A stretch of DNA of 64,000 nucleotides. It comes from Candidatus Omnitrophota bacterium (lineage in GTDB: Bacteria; Ratteibacteria; UBA8468; B48-G9; DTJG01). Shown piece after piece: positions 1 through 11,230 of the stretch. The notes under the pieces were generated by a model. That model did no database searches and was not told where the DNA came from. It was given only the letters and a program-made list of their open reading frames with translations. Every line of letters begins with the position of its first letter. The first letter of the stretch is position 1. The DNA is taken from positions 205,475 through 269,474 of the forward strand of contig JAMWCD010000006.1 of the NCBI GenBank assembly GCA_023818965.1, given 5' to 3'. A program made the translations under genes and the position numbers.

Positions 1-1932
<1,932 letters not shown>

Positions 1933-1935
1933 CTG

Positions 1936-3090
1936 ATGATTGGCTATTTTGATGTTCGAAATGGTTGTGCAGGGGATATGATAGCAGGTTCTCTCGCCAG
2001 TTGTGTGGATATTGGAGAAATCAAAAAGCAACTTAAATTGATAGATTTCCCTACAAAGTATGATATTGAAATAAAACAGGTCATCAGACACACAGGGAAA
2101 TTTCATGGTATCAAAGCCAATCAATTTATTGTAAAACTTGAAGAAAAAGAAAACGATAGAAAATATAGAGAGATTGTTTCTATTTTTAAAAACAGCAGAC
2201 TTAATGAACCTGCAAAAGAAAAAATTTTAAAAGTGTTTGAGACACTTGCAAAGGCAGAATCAAAAGTACACAATGAATGTCTGGATAAGTTGCATTTTCA
2301 CGCTGTTGGTCAAACAGACGCACTTGTAGAGGTTGCTTTTTCTATTCTTGCCCTTGAGCAACTTGGAATCAATGAGGTTTTTGCTTCTCCTGTAGGTGTT
2401 TCAAACATAGCACCAGCAACAATGGAAATGATTTCAGGCATACCTGCGGTTTTCCGTGATATTCCATTTGAAATCACAACACCAACAGGAATTGCCATAA
2501 TTGTGTCTCTTGTTAAATCATATGGTGACAGTCCGCCAGTGATTACAACTGGTTATGGTTATGGTACTGGAACAATTCAAACCGAATTTCCAAATACTGT
2601 GTTGTTTGCATACGGAGAACCGTCTTATCAAAAATATGAGAAAGTAGGAATTATTGAAACATCAGTGGACGATACCAATCCAGTGATTTTTGAATATTTG
2701 ATTGAAACTCTTTATCAGGCAGGTGCGCTTGAGGTATGTTTTTTTAATGCGATAACGAAAAAATCAAGACCGCTGTTCTGTATCAGGGTCTTGTGCAAAC
2801 CCGAACAAAAAGAAATACTTTCAAAAATAATTTTTCAACAAACCACAACGCTCGGTATCAGGTACAGGGAAGAGGAGAGATTGATTCTTGAAAGAAAAAT
2901 TGAAAAGGTTAAAACAAAATATGGAGAAATAAGTATCAAGATTGGATATCTCTCAGGAAAACCAGTGAACATCATGCCCGAATATGAGGATTGCAAAAAG
3001 ATTGCAGCAGAAAAAAATGTTCCTGTTAAAAAAATTATTAATGAAGCACTCAGGCGAGCCATTGAAGAAATGGATGAAAATCGGTTATAA
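1936..3090 (+). CDS. LarC-family (DUF111) nickel-pincer cofactor insertion protein
   Basis: 384 aa. N-terminus MIGYFDVRNGCAGDMIAGSL matches the LarC/DUF111 start pattern (xLYLDCFSGISGDMxLGAL). Length fits LarC. Confidence 0.6.
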   Translation: MIGYFDVRNGCAGDMIAGSLASCVDIGEIKKQLKLIDFPTKYDIEIKQVIRHTGKFHGIKANQFIVKLEEKENDRKYREIVSIFKNSRLNEPAKEKILKVFETLAKAESKVHNECLDKLHFHAVGQTDALVEVAFSILALEQLGINEVFASPVGVSNIAPATMEMISGIPAVFRDIPFEITTPTGIAIIVSLVKSYGDSPPVITTGYGYGTGTIQTEFPNTVLFAYGEPSYQKYEKVGIIETSVDDTNPVIFEYLIETLYQAGALEVCFFNAITKKSRPLFCIRVLCKPEQKEILSKIIFQQTTTLGIRYREEERLILERKIEKVKTKYGEISIKIGYLSGKPVNIMPEYEDCKKIAAEKNVPVKKIINEALRRAIEEMDENRL

Positions 3091-3178
3091 TATAAGTTTG
3101 AAAACAGAAATATCGAACCGTAGAATCAGAGTACATAAAGAAATTTCAAATTGATTTAAAAAATCACAGGGAGCCAAA

Positions 3179-3472
3179 ATGGTTGTTGGCGTGTGGAAGG
3201 TTGAACTGCATATTCCTTACGCTCAGAACCTTAAGGATAAAAGAAATATTCTGCAATCAGTTGTTACGAAAACAAGAAATCGCTTTAATGTTTCTGTTGC
3301 TGAACTTGATTACAAGGATAAGTGGCAGAGATGTGTTATGGGGATTGCCTGTGTGGATTCAGAATACAGAAAAGCAGAAAATGTTTTTTCATCTATCAGG
3401 AAAATTTTTGAAGAGACAGGTTCTGTCATTGTTGTTAAGGAAAACATCAGTTATTATCCGCTGGAGGATTAA
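3179..3472 (+). CDS. DUF503 (YlxP-like) small protein
   Basis: 97 aa. VVGVWKVELHIPYAQNLKDKRN...FNVSVAELDYKDKWQR matches the DUF503 signature. Sits directly upstream of valS. Confidence 0.55.
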   Translation: MVVGVWKVELHIPYAQNLKDKRNILQSVVTKTRNRFNVSVAELDYKDKWQRCVMGIACVDSEYRKAENVFSSIRKIFEETGSVIVVKENISYYPLED

Positions 3473-3477
3473 AAATA

Positions 3478-6135
3478 ATGGTAGAAAGTAACAGATATAA
3501 TCCTGCAGAGATTGAAACATACTGGTATAAACAGTGGGAACAATCAGGTTGTTTCCATCCAGAAGAGTACTCAGGCATACCGTATGTAATCGTTATCCCA
3601 CCTCCGAATATCACAGGATATTTACATATAGGACACGCTTTGAATAACACCATACAGGATATCCTGATACGATGGAAAAAAATGTCAGGTTTTAACACAT
3701 TATGGGTTCCTGGAACAGATCATGCAGGGATTGCAACCCAGAATGTTGTTGAAAGAGAACTGATGAAACAGGGTTTAACAAGAGAAAAACTTGGTAGAGA
3801 AAAGTTTCTTGAACAGGTCTGGTTATGGCGTGAGAAATATGGAAACAGAATTATTGAACAGTTGAAACGACTTGGTGCGGCATGTGACTGGCAACGGCTT
3901 TGTTTCACAATGGACGAAAATTTCTCACTTGCTGTTTCAACTGTATTTGTTAGATTATTTGAAAAAGGACTCATTTACAGAGGAACGAGAATTATCAACT
4001 GGTGTCCGAGATGTACTACTGCTTTATCAGATGAGGAGGTTGAATACAAAGAAGAAAATGGAGAATTGTTTTATTTAAGGTATCCTTTAGAAGATGGTGG
4101 TTTCATTATTGTTGCCACAACACGACCTGAAACAATGCTCGGTGATACCGCTGTTGCAGTAAATCCTTCAGATAAAAGGTATAAACATGTTATTGGAAAG
4201 AAGATTCGTTTACCTTTTGTGAACAGGTTAATCCCTGTGATTGAAGATCAGCAGGTTGAAATAGAGTTCGGTACAGGTGCAGTGAAGGTTACTCCATCTC
4301 ATGACCCTGCTGACTACAATATTGGGAAACGACATAATCTTCCATCTGTCACAGTAATGGATGAAAAGGGTAGAATGAACGAAAATGCAGGTGAGTTTGC
4401 AGGGCTTGATAGATTTGAATGTCGTAAAAAAATTGTAGAGGCATTAAAAAATCACAATCTTATAGAAAAGATTGAACCATATACACACAGGGTTGGTCAT
4501 TGTTATCGCTGTCATACAGTCATAGAGCCGTACATTTCAAAACAATGGTTTGTGAAAATGAAAGAACTGGCTCAACCAGCGATTGATGTTGTAATGAAAG
4601 GAGAATTGAAATTTTATCCTGAGAGATGGACAAAAAACTACCTCAACTGGCTTAACAATATTGAGGATTGGTGTATCAGCCGTCAAATATGGTGGGGACA
4701 CAGAATTCCTGTGTGGTACTGTGAAAATGAAAATTGCCCGCCCATTGCAAGTATTCAAATTCCACTGTCATGTCCACAATGTGGTTCAAAAAATCTTACC
4801 CAGGATGAGGATGTTCTTGATACATGGTTTTCATCATGGTTATGGCCATTTGCTGTTTTTAAATGGCCTAAAAAAACAAAAGATCTTGAGTATTTCTATC
4901 CAACCAGCACTTTGGTTACTGCACAGGAGATTCTTTTCTTCTGGGTCGCAAGAATGGTAATGGCTGGCTTTGAATTCATGGGAGAAAAACCATTCAGTGC
5001 TGTTTATATCCATGGTACTGTTCGTGATGAAACAGGCAGAAAGATGAGCAAATCCCTTGGAAATGCAATTGACCCGCTTGAGATTATTGACAAGGCAGGT
5101 GCTGATGCCCTGCGTTTCGGACTGATTTCTCTTACGGCATTTGGACAGGATGTCTTTCTTCCTGATAAATTTTATGTGAAGGGCAGAAACTTTCTTAACA
5201 AAATCTGGAATTCATTCAGATATCTTGAGATGGTTCTTGAAAAGAACAATTGCAGGAAGGTTGAGATAAAGAATGTTGAAACTTTTTCAAGAAATCTTCA
5301 ACTTGCAGAAAAATGGATTCTTGCAGTTTTGAACCAGAAAGTTAAGCATATCACTGAATGTCTTGAATCCTTCAGATTTAATGAAGCAGCTGAATCTTTA
5401 TATGAATTTTTCTGGCACCAGTATTGTGACTGGTATATTGAGATGACAAAAAGATTTCCAGAAAATGACCCGTATCTTGTTTCAAATGTTATTCCAGTAC
5501 TTGTCTATGTTATGGCGAAATCACTTCAACTTCTTCATCCATTCATACCCTTTATTACTGAAGAACTGTGGAACAGGATGAAAAAATTCACTGATATTTC
5601 TGAACGATTTATAGTGGAAAGTGTGTGGCCTGATTACAGTAATATTTTCAATTTTGATGATGCAATCGAAAAAATGGAGCAGATCAAAAAGATTGTGGTT
5701 GAAATCAGGGATGTTAAAACAACATTTAAAATTCCTGTGACGAGAAAACTTGAAGCATCGTATTACGGAATTCCTGAACTTATTTCAGACGAACAAAGAC
5801 AGATGATTGAATTCCTTTCAAATACTACTTTTTCTCCTGAAGAAAAATCTGCGTCAATTTCTGATAAAAATCGACTGGTAAGAACATGGAAGGATGGTTA
5901 TTTTTCACTCAGGGTTGAAGGTATTCTTGATATATCAGTTGAAAGGGAAAAATTGCTCAATGAAAAAAATAAAATTCTTAAAATTTTTGAGCAGACAGAG
6001 AAAAAACTTTCAAGTATGGATTTTGTTAAACGTGCTCCAGAGCAGGTTATTGAAAAAACAAAAAAGCTGAGAGATGAACTGGAATATGAACTTAAAAAGA
6101 TAGAGAAAAACTTACAACTTTTAACAGGGGAGTGA
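3478..6135 (+). CDS. valS: valine--tRNA ligase
   Basis: 885 aa class I aaRS. HIGH motif (PNITGYLHIGHAL) and KMSKS motif, a ValS-like editing domain, and a C-terminal coiled coil. GGAGG ribosome-binding site 8 nt upstream. Confidence 0.95.
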   Translation: MVESNRYNPAEIETYWYKQWEQSGCFHPEEYSGIPYVIVIPPPNITGYLHIGHALNNTIQDILIRWKKMSGFNTLWVPGTDHAGIATQNVVERELMKQGLTREKLGREKFLEQVWLWREKYGNRIIEQLKRLGAACDWQRLCFTMDENFSLAVSTVFVRLFEKGLIYRGTRIINWCPRCTTALSDEEVEYKEENGELFYLRYPLEDGGFIIVATTRPETMLGDTAVAVNPSDKRYKHVIGKKIRLPFVNRLIPVIEDQQVEIEFGTGAVKVTPSHDPADYNIGKRHNLPSVTVMDEKGRMNENAGEFAGLDRFECRKKIVEALKNHNLIEKIEPYTHRVGHCYRCHTVIEPYISKQWFVKMKELAQPAIDVVMKGELKFYPERWTKNYLNWLNNIEDWCISRQIWWGHRIPVWYCENENCPPIASIQIPLSCPQCGSKNLTQDEDVLDTWFSSWLWPFAVFKWPKKTKDLEYFYPTSTLVTAQEILFFWVARMVMAGFEFMGEKPFSAVYIHGTVRDETGRKMSKSLGNAIDPLEIIDKAGADALRFGLISLTAFGQDVFLPDKFYVKGRNFLNKIWNSFRYLEMVLEKNNCRKVEIKNVETFSRNLQLAEKWILAVLNQKVKHITECLESFRFNEAAESLYEFFWHQYCDWYIEMTKRFPENDPYLVSNVIPVLVYVMAKSLQLLHPFIPFITEELWNRMKKFTDISERFIVESVWPDYSNIFNFDDAIEKMEQIKKIVVEIRDVKTTFKIPVTRKLEASYYGIPELISDEQRQMIEFLSNTTFSPEEKSASISDKNRLVRTWKDGYFSLRVEGILDISVEREKLLNEKNKILKIFEQTEKKLSSMDFVKRAPEQVIEKTKKLRDELEYELKKIEKNLQLLTGE

Positions 6136-6137
6136 AT

Positions 6138-6464
6138 GTGAAAGCGATAATTGGATTATCAGGAAAACAGTTTCAGGTTCAGGAAGGTGATGTTCTTGAA
6201 GTGTTCAAACTTCCATATGAAAAAGGCAAGCAGTTCGAAATTAGAGATATTCTGGCGATTGATAACGAAGGACATTTAATTTATGATAAGGAAGCACTGA
6301 AAAATTTTTCTGTGATTGCTGAGGTTATTGAAGAAAAAAAAGGCAAGAAGATTTACGTTTTCAAGAAAAAGAAGAAAACCGGTTATAGTCGTAAACGTGG
6401 ACACAGGGACTCCCTATCAGTGGTGAAAATTATTAAGATACAGTCATCCAATGCAACATCCTAA
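6138..6464 (+). CDS. rplU: 50S ribosomal protein L21
   Basis: About 109 aa. KAIIGLSGKQFQVQEGDV...KKKKKTGYSRKRGHRD resembles bL21. Likely GTG start with a GGGGAG ribosome-binding site. The six-frame track begins the ORF at 6132. Confidence 0.75.
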   Translation: MKAIIGLSGKQFQVQEGDVLEVFKLPYEKGKQFEIRDILAIDNEGHLIYDKEALKNFSVIAEVIEEKKGKKIYVFKKKKKTGYSRKRGHRDSLSVVKIIKIQSSNATS

Positions 6465-7581
6465 TGTTTTGACAGGTGGCAATATTTCAGGGAAAAGGGC
6501 GGTTGTTGTAGCCTTTAATGAAAAATCCCGAAAGATAAGCGAAGAAAACCTTCTTGAACTGAACTCACTTGCAAAGACACTGGGTGTGAATGTTATAAGT
6601 TCAATTCTTATAAGGCATCCAGAACCAGTATACCCTGCCACCTATATTGGCAAGGGTAAAATACAGGAATTGAAAAATCTTATTCAATCAGAAAAGTGTG
6701 ATTTGATGATATTTGAAAAGGATCTTTCGCCGGTACAGCAAAGAAATCTTGAACATCTTCTTGGTACAGTAGTACTTGACAGGACAGTATTGATACTTTT
6801 GATTTTTGGAAATCATGCCCATACCCTTGAAGGGAAATTGCAGGTTGAACTGGCACAGATGACATATCTTTTGCCACGTCTTGCAGGTTCTTATGGGAAT
6901 TTATCAAGATTGGGTGGTACTATTGGAACAAGGGGACCAGGAGAGCAAAAACTTGAGGTCTATAGAAGACGGGTGAGAGAAAGAATAAGGTTATTGAATC
7001 TCAGAATCAAAGAGATTGAAAAACACAGAAATATTATCAGAGAAACAAGACAGAGGAAAAATTTTCCTGTATGTGCACTTGTTGGTTATACCAATGTCGG
7101 AAAAAGTACTTTACTTAATGCCCTTACACACAAACAGGATGCTGTTGTGGATAATAAGTTGTTTTCCACTCTTGACCCACTGACCCGACTTGTCTATCTT
7201 GGAGAAAAAAGCTTCTGTTTGATGTCTGATACTGTTGGTCTTCTTTCATCCTTACCGCACCACCTTATTGCTGCATTCAGGGCAACACTCGAAGAATTGA
7301 AATATTCGCATCTTTTGATATGTCTTATTGATGTAATAGGTTTCAGCATAGAGAAACAGATGAGTACGATTGAAAACGTTCTTGGAATTATGGAAGTTCA
7401 GGATAAACCAAGAATCACTGTGTTTAATAAGATTGATTTGATTGATGAAGGAGAGTTGAATTTTCTTAAAAAAAGTTTTCCGGATGCAATTTTTATTTCA
7501 GCAAAGACAGGTGAAGGATTTGAACAATTAAAGGGAAGAATCAGGCAGATTGTGGGGGAGTATGCGTATTACAGCACATGA
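6451..7581 (+). CDS. hflX: GTPase HflX
   Basis: 376 aa. HflX-type N-terminal domain followed by a G domain with Walker A (VGYTNVGKSTLLNALT), DTVG and NKID motifs. Confidence 0.85.
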   Translation: MQHPNVLTGGNISGKRAVVVAFNEKSRKISEENLLELNSLAKTLGVNVISSILIRHPEPVYPATYIGKGKIQELKNLIQSEKCDLMIFEKDLSPVQQRNLEHLLGTVVLDRTVLILLIFGNHAHTLEGKLQVELAQMTYLLPRLAGSYGNLSRLGGTIGTRGPGEQKLEVYRRRVRERIRLLNLRIKEIEKHRNIIRETRQRKNFPVCALVGYTNVGKSTLLNALTHKQDAVVDNKLFSTLDPLTRLVYLGEKSFCLMSDTVGLLSSLPHHLIAAFRATLEELKYSHLLICLIDVIGFSIEKQMSTIENVLGIMEVQDKPRITVFNKIDLIDEGELNFLKKSFPDAIFISAKTGEGFEQLKGRIRQIVGEYAYYST

Positions 7582-8569
7582 GAAAAAAATGATCCGGGAA
7601 ATTTCACAGGAAATAAAGACATATAAAAATTTTCTTCTGACAACACATCAAACTCCTGACGGAGATGGTATTGGTTGCGAACTTGCTTTTTTAAGATTAC
7701 TGAAAAAACTCGGGAAAAATGCAATTGTAGTAAATGAAAATTTATCATCATCTGTATATGAATTTCTCCCTGGTTATAATGATATTATTGACGTTGATGA
7801 ATATGCTCAAATGAAATTTTCTCCTGATGTGATCATTGTCTTCGATTGCAGTCTTAAGGATAGAATTGGGAAACTGGTATCCTTTTTTCCTGTTGAATCA
7901 AAAATATTAAATATTGATCATCACGATGGCAATACTTTTTTTGGTGATATTAACTGGGTTTGTCCATCCTGTTCATCAGTGGGCGAAATGTGTTTTTTTA
8001 TTGCACATGACCTTGAATCACTGGATAATGCGATTGCAGAATGTCTTTATGTGGCAATATTAACAGACACAGGTTCTTTCAGACATCATTTTGATCTTAA
8101 AACAATAAAGGTTGTATCAGAATTGATTCGTGCAGGGATTAATCCTGAGCAAATTGCGGACAATGTCTATAACAACAATTCTCTTGCCTGTTTGAAACTC
8201 CTCGGGCATGCACTCATTTCAATTGAGTATGATTCTTCAATTAATGCTGCATGGACGATTCTTTACCAGGATACTTTCAAAAAAACAGGAGCAGTTGAGC
8301 AGGATACAGAAATTGTAATTGATACTTTGCGTACAATTGAACATGTTGATTTTGTTTTTCTTGTTAAGGAGAGAAAAAATGAAGTTAAATTCAGTTTAAG
8401 AAGTAGAAAGGGTGTTAATGTTCGCAAAATTGCTGAAATGTTTGGTGGTGGAGGACATGATAATGCTGCAGGTTTTTCATTGAAGGATATTACTGTGACA
8501 GAAGCATTGGAACAATTTTTGAAAAAATTAAAAGCAAGGACATGTGATGGAAAAAATAAATGTGATTGA
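7562..8569 (+). CDS. nrnA: DHH/DHHA1 phosphoesterase, NrnA-like oligoribonuclease / pAp phosphatase
   Basis: DHH motifs (TTHQTPDGDGIGC, NIDHHDGN) and the DHHA1 GGGGH motif near the C-terminus. Confidence 0.7.
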   Translation: MRITAHEKKMIREISQEIKTYKNFLLTTHQTPDGDGIGCELAFLRLLKKLGKNAIVVNENLSSSVYEFLPGYNDIIDVDEYAQMKFSPDVIIVFDCSLKDRIGKLVSFFPVESKILNIDHHDGNTFFGDINWVCPSCSSVGEMCFFIAHDLESLDNAIAECLYVAILTDTGSFRHHFDLKTIKVVSELIRAGINPEQIADNVYNNNSLACLKLLGHALISIEYDSSINAAWTILYQDTFKKTGAVEQDTEIVIDTLRTIEHVDFVFLVKERKNEVKFSLRSRKGVNVRKIAEMFGGGGHDNAAGFSLKDITVTEALEQFLKKLKARTCDGKNKCD

Positions 8570-9251
8570 TGGTTTTTTGAATGTAAACAAACCGTCAGGG
8601 ATTACTTCATATGATGTCATCAGGTTTATTAAAAAAATCCCTGGGTTTTCTTCAAAAATAGGTCATACAGGTACACTGGATCCTATTGCTTCAGGGGTTC
8701 TTGTTGTATGTATTGGCAGTGCAACAAAGAAAGCAGAAAAATTTTTGAAAATGGAAAAAGAATATCTGGCGACAATGCTTCTTGGACTTTCCACTGACAC
8801 AGACGATATCCAGGGAAAAATTATTTCAAAAGTTGAAGTCCTGCAGGATGCTCTTAAAGAAGATATAATTCATAATACTGTGAACTCTTTCACTGGTGAA
8901 ATTGAGCAGATACCACCGAGTGTTTCTGCATTAAGAAAACATGGTACAAGATTATATAAACTTCACAGACAGGGCAGGACTATTGTACCTGAACCGAGGA
9001 AGGTTCACATTTATGAAATCGAAATAAAAAAAATAGAAATTCCAAGAATCGTGTTCAGGGTTGTGTGTTCCAGTGGTACCTACATTCGTGCACTGTGCAG
9101 GGACATTGGAAAAAAACTTGGATATGGTGCTGTTCAGGAATCGCTGGTGAGATTGAGAGTGGGAAATTTCAGGATTGAGGATTCTGTTGAACTGAACCAA
9201 TTAAATAAAGATACCCTTTCAAAATACATAATACCGGTCTCGGTTGTTTGA
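8544..9251 (+). CDS. truB: tRNA pseudouridine(55) synthase
   Basis: GFLNVNKPSGITSYDVI...GHTGTLDPIASGVLVVCIGSATK matches the TruB catalytic motif, with Asp in the TLDP element. Confidence 0.9.
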   Translation: MMEKINVIDGFLNVNKPSGITSYDVIRFIKKIPGFSSKIGHTGTLDPIASGVLVVCIGSATKKAEKFLKMEKEYLATMLLGLSTDTDDIQGKIISKVEVLQDALKEDIIHNTVNSFTGEIEQIPPSVSALRKHGTRLYKLHRQGRTIVPEPRKVHIYEIEIKKIEIPRIVFRVVCSSGTYIRALCRDIGKKLGYGAVQESLVRLRVGNFRIEDSVELNQLNKDTLSKYIIPVSVV

Positions 9252-10599
9252 AATGGAAAAATTGATCATCAGTGTTTCAGGAATTAGAGGAATATACGGA
9301 ACATCGTTAACCCAAAAGCATGCTTTTGATTTTGGAAAGTCATTTGGATTCTGGGCAAAAAATAAAAACATCATTGTTGGTCAGGACACAAGATTGAGTG
9401 GGTCTGACCTGAAATCTGCTTTGGTCTCAGGGTTACTGGTGGCTGGTAAAAATGTTTATGATGCAGGTATTGTTCCTACGCCTGCATTGACATGGTTTGT
9501 TGAAAAACATAATAACTTTTGTGGTGCTATTATTACAGCAAGTCATAATCCTGTTGAGTATAATGGAATCAAATTAATCAGTCATTCTGGAACTTTTCTT
9601 AATCCAGAAGAATTTTCACAATTGATGAAGATTTATAAAGGTCTCAGAAAAAGGCGTGAGAGAAAACATGGAATCTATTATGAAAATTTTTCAATAATGG
9701 AAGAGTATTTTTCCTCTCTTTTGAATCTTATTGATGTTGATGCCATAAAGAGAAAGAAATTCAAAGTTGCTGTTGACCCTGTGCAGGGTGTGGGCTCTGT
9801 TTTTACAAAGCATTTTCTTGAAAAACTTGGTTGCAGTGTGAAAATGATTAATGATGCACCAGTCGGAGTATTTTCAAGAAATCCTGAACCACGACCTGAA
9901 AATCTTATTTCACTTGCTGAATGTGTGAGAAAAGAATCGTGTGATATTGGTTTTGCTCAGGATCCCGATTGTGATCGTCTTGCTGTGGTTGCAGATGGTG
10001 GAAAAATTATTAGTGAAGAAAAATCTACTGCCATTGCCATTGACTGGATGCTTCAGAAGAAAAAAGGACCTGTCGTTGTTAACCTTGTTACGACACGTCT
10101 TGTTGATGATATAGGTAAACAGAATAATGTTGATGTTTTTCGAACAAAAGTTGGAGAAGTATATGTTGTTGAGGAAATGAAGAGGGTAAATGCTGCAGCA
10201 GGTGGTGAAGGCAATGGAGGTATTATTTATCCTGACTTCCATTATGGCAGGGACAGTTTTGCTGGAATGGCAATAATTCTTGAATTGATTGCAAAAAAGG
10301 AAAAATCATTTTCAGAAATTGAAAAGGATTTTTGTAATTATTACATTGTGAAACATGCAATAAGATATCCATCTGAAAAGATTGATGTTCTTTTCAGAAA
10401 AGCAGAAAAAATTTTTTCTGATGGGAAAATTTCTTATACTGATGGAATAAAGATTGATTTTGAGAATAGGTGGGTTAGTATCAGGCGGTCAGGTACAGAA
10501 TCAATTGTAAGGATTTTTGCTGAGGCAAAAACAGAGAAAGAAGCAACCACGCTTATTAATCGACTCCTTTGCGCTATTTCTTCCCGTAAAAGTTTTTGA
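9244..10599 (+). CDS. phosphohexomutase family enzyme (phosphoglucosamine mutase / phosphomannomutase-like)
   Basis: 451 aa. Active-site Ser loop TASHNPVEYNGIK, a sugar-binding loop, and an overall four-domain alpha-D-phosphohexomutase layout. Confidence 0.6.
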   Translation: MFEMEKLIISVSGIRGIYGTSLTQKHAFDFGKSFGFWAKNKNIIVGQDTRLSGSDLKSALVSGLLVAGKNVYDAGIVPTPALTWFVEKHNNFCGAIITASHNPVEYNGIKLISHSGTFLNPEEFSQLMKIYKGLRKRRERKHGIYYENFSIMEEYFSSLLNLIDVDAIKRKKFKVAVDPVQGVGSVFTKHFLEKLGCSVKMINDAPVGVFSRNPEPRPENLISLAECVRKESCDIGFAQDPDCDRLAVVADGGKIISEEKSTAIAIDWMLQKKKGPVVVNLVTTRLVDDIGKQNNVDVFRTKVGEVYVVEEMKRVNAAAGGEGNGGIIYPDFHYGRDSFAGMAIILELIAKKEKSFSEIEKDFCNYYIVKHAIRYPSEKIDVLFRKAEKIFSDGKISYTDGIKIDFENRWVSIRRSGTESIVRIFAEAKTEKEATTLINRLLCAISSRKSF

Positions 10600-11230
10600 T
10601 GATTTTGATTGCCTGTTGAGGTGTTTCCACAATAGTGAAAATTTTTAAGTCATCTGGAGAAATATAATGGTTTTTGACAAGGGTTTTTTCCATCCAGTCC
10701 ACAAGTCCTTTCCAGTATTCACTTCCCATTAGAATTACTGGAAATTTTGCTGTTCTTTTTGTTTGAATTAAATTGATTGCCTCTGCAAATTCATCGAGAG
10801 TTCCAAATCCACCAGGGAATATTATAAATGCCTTCGCATATCTTACAAACATTACTTTTCTTACGAAAAAATACCTGAAGGAGATAAGGTCTGTGATATA
10901 TGGATTTGGTTTTTGTTCTTCTGGAAGTTCTATATTCAGTCCAACAGAAATACCTTTTTGAAGAAAAGCACCCTTATTTGCTGCTTCCATAATTCCAGGT
11001 CCACCACCAGTAATCACAGCATAACCATTTTTTGCCAGTAACTTTCCTGTCTCAACAGCAAGTTTATACCATTTACTATCAGGTTTTATTCTTGCTGAAC
11101 CCCACACAGTGACTGCTTTTCCAATGCCATCAAGAACTTCAACTCCATCAACGAATTCAGACATAATCCTGAATATTCTCCATGATTCTTCATGATATGC
11201 ATCTTTATTTTTCATCTTTTGTTTCTCCAA
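10574..11230 (-). CDS. LOG family protein (TIGR00730-type Rossmann-fold nucleotide phosphoribohydrolase)
   Basis: 218 aa. Contains the LOG motifs VWGSAR...GYAVITGGGPGIMEAANKGA and PGGFGTLDE. Confidence 0.75.
   Translation of the reverse strand: MEKQKMKNKDAYHEESWRIFRIMSEFVDGVEVLDGIGKAVTVWGSARIKPDSKWYKLAVETGKLLAKNGYAVITGGGPGIMEAANKGAFLQKGISVGLNIELPEEQKPNPYITDLISFRYFFVRKVMFVRYAKAFIIFPGGFGTLDEFAEAINLIQTKRTAKFPVILMGSEYWKGLVDWMEKTLVKNHYISPDDLKIFTIVETPQQAIKIIKNFYGKK

Noticed and set aside
3183-3491. 102-aa ORF overlapping the DUF503 gene in another frame
   Set aside because: The alternative frame has low-complexity composition and no recognisable family. The DUF503 frame matches a known small-protein signature.
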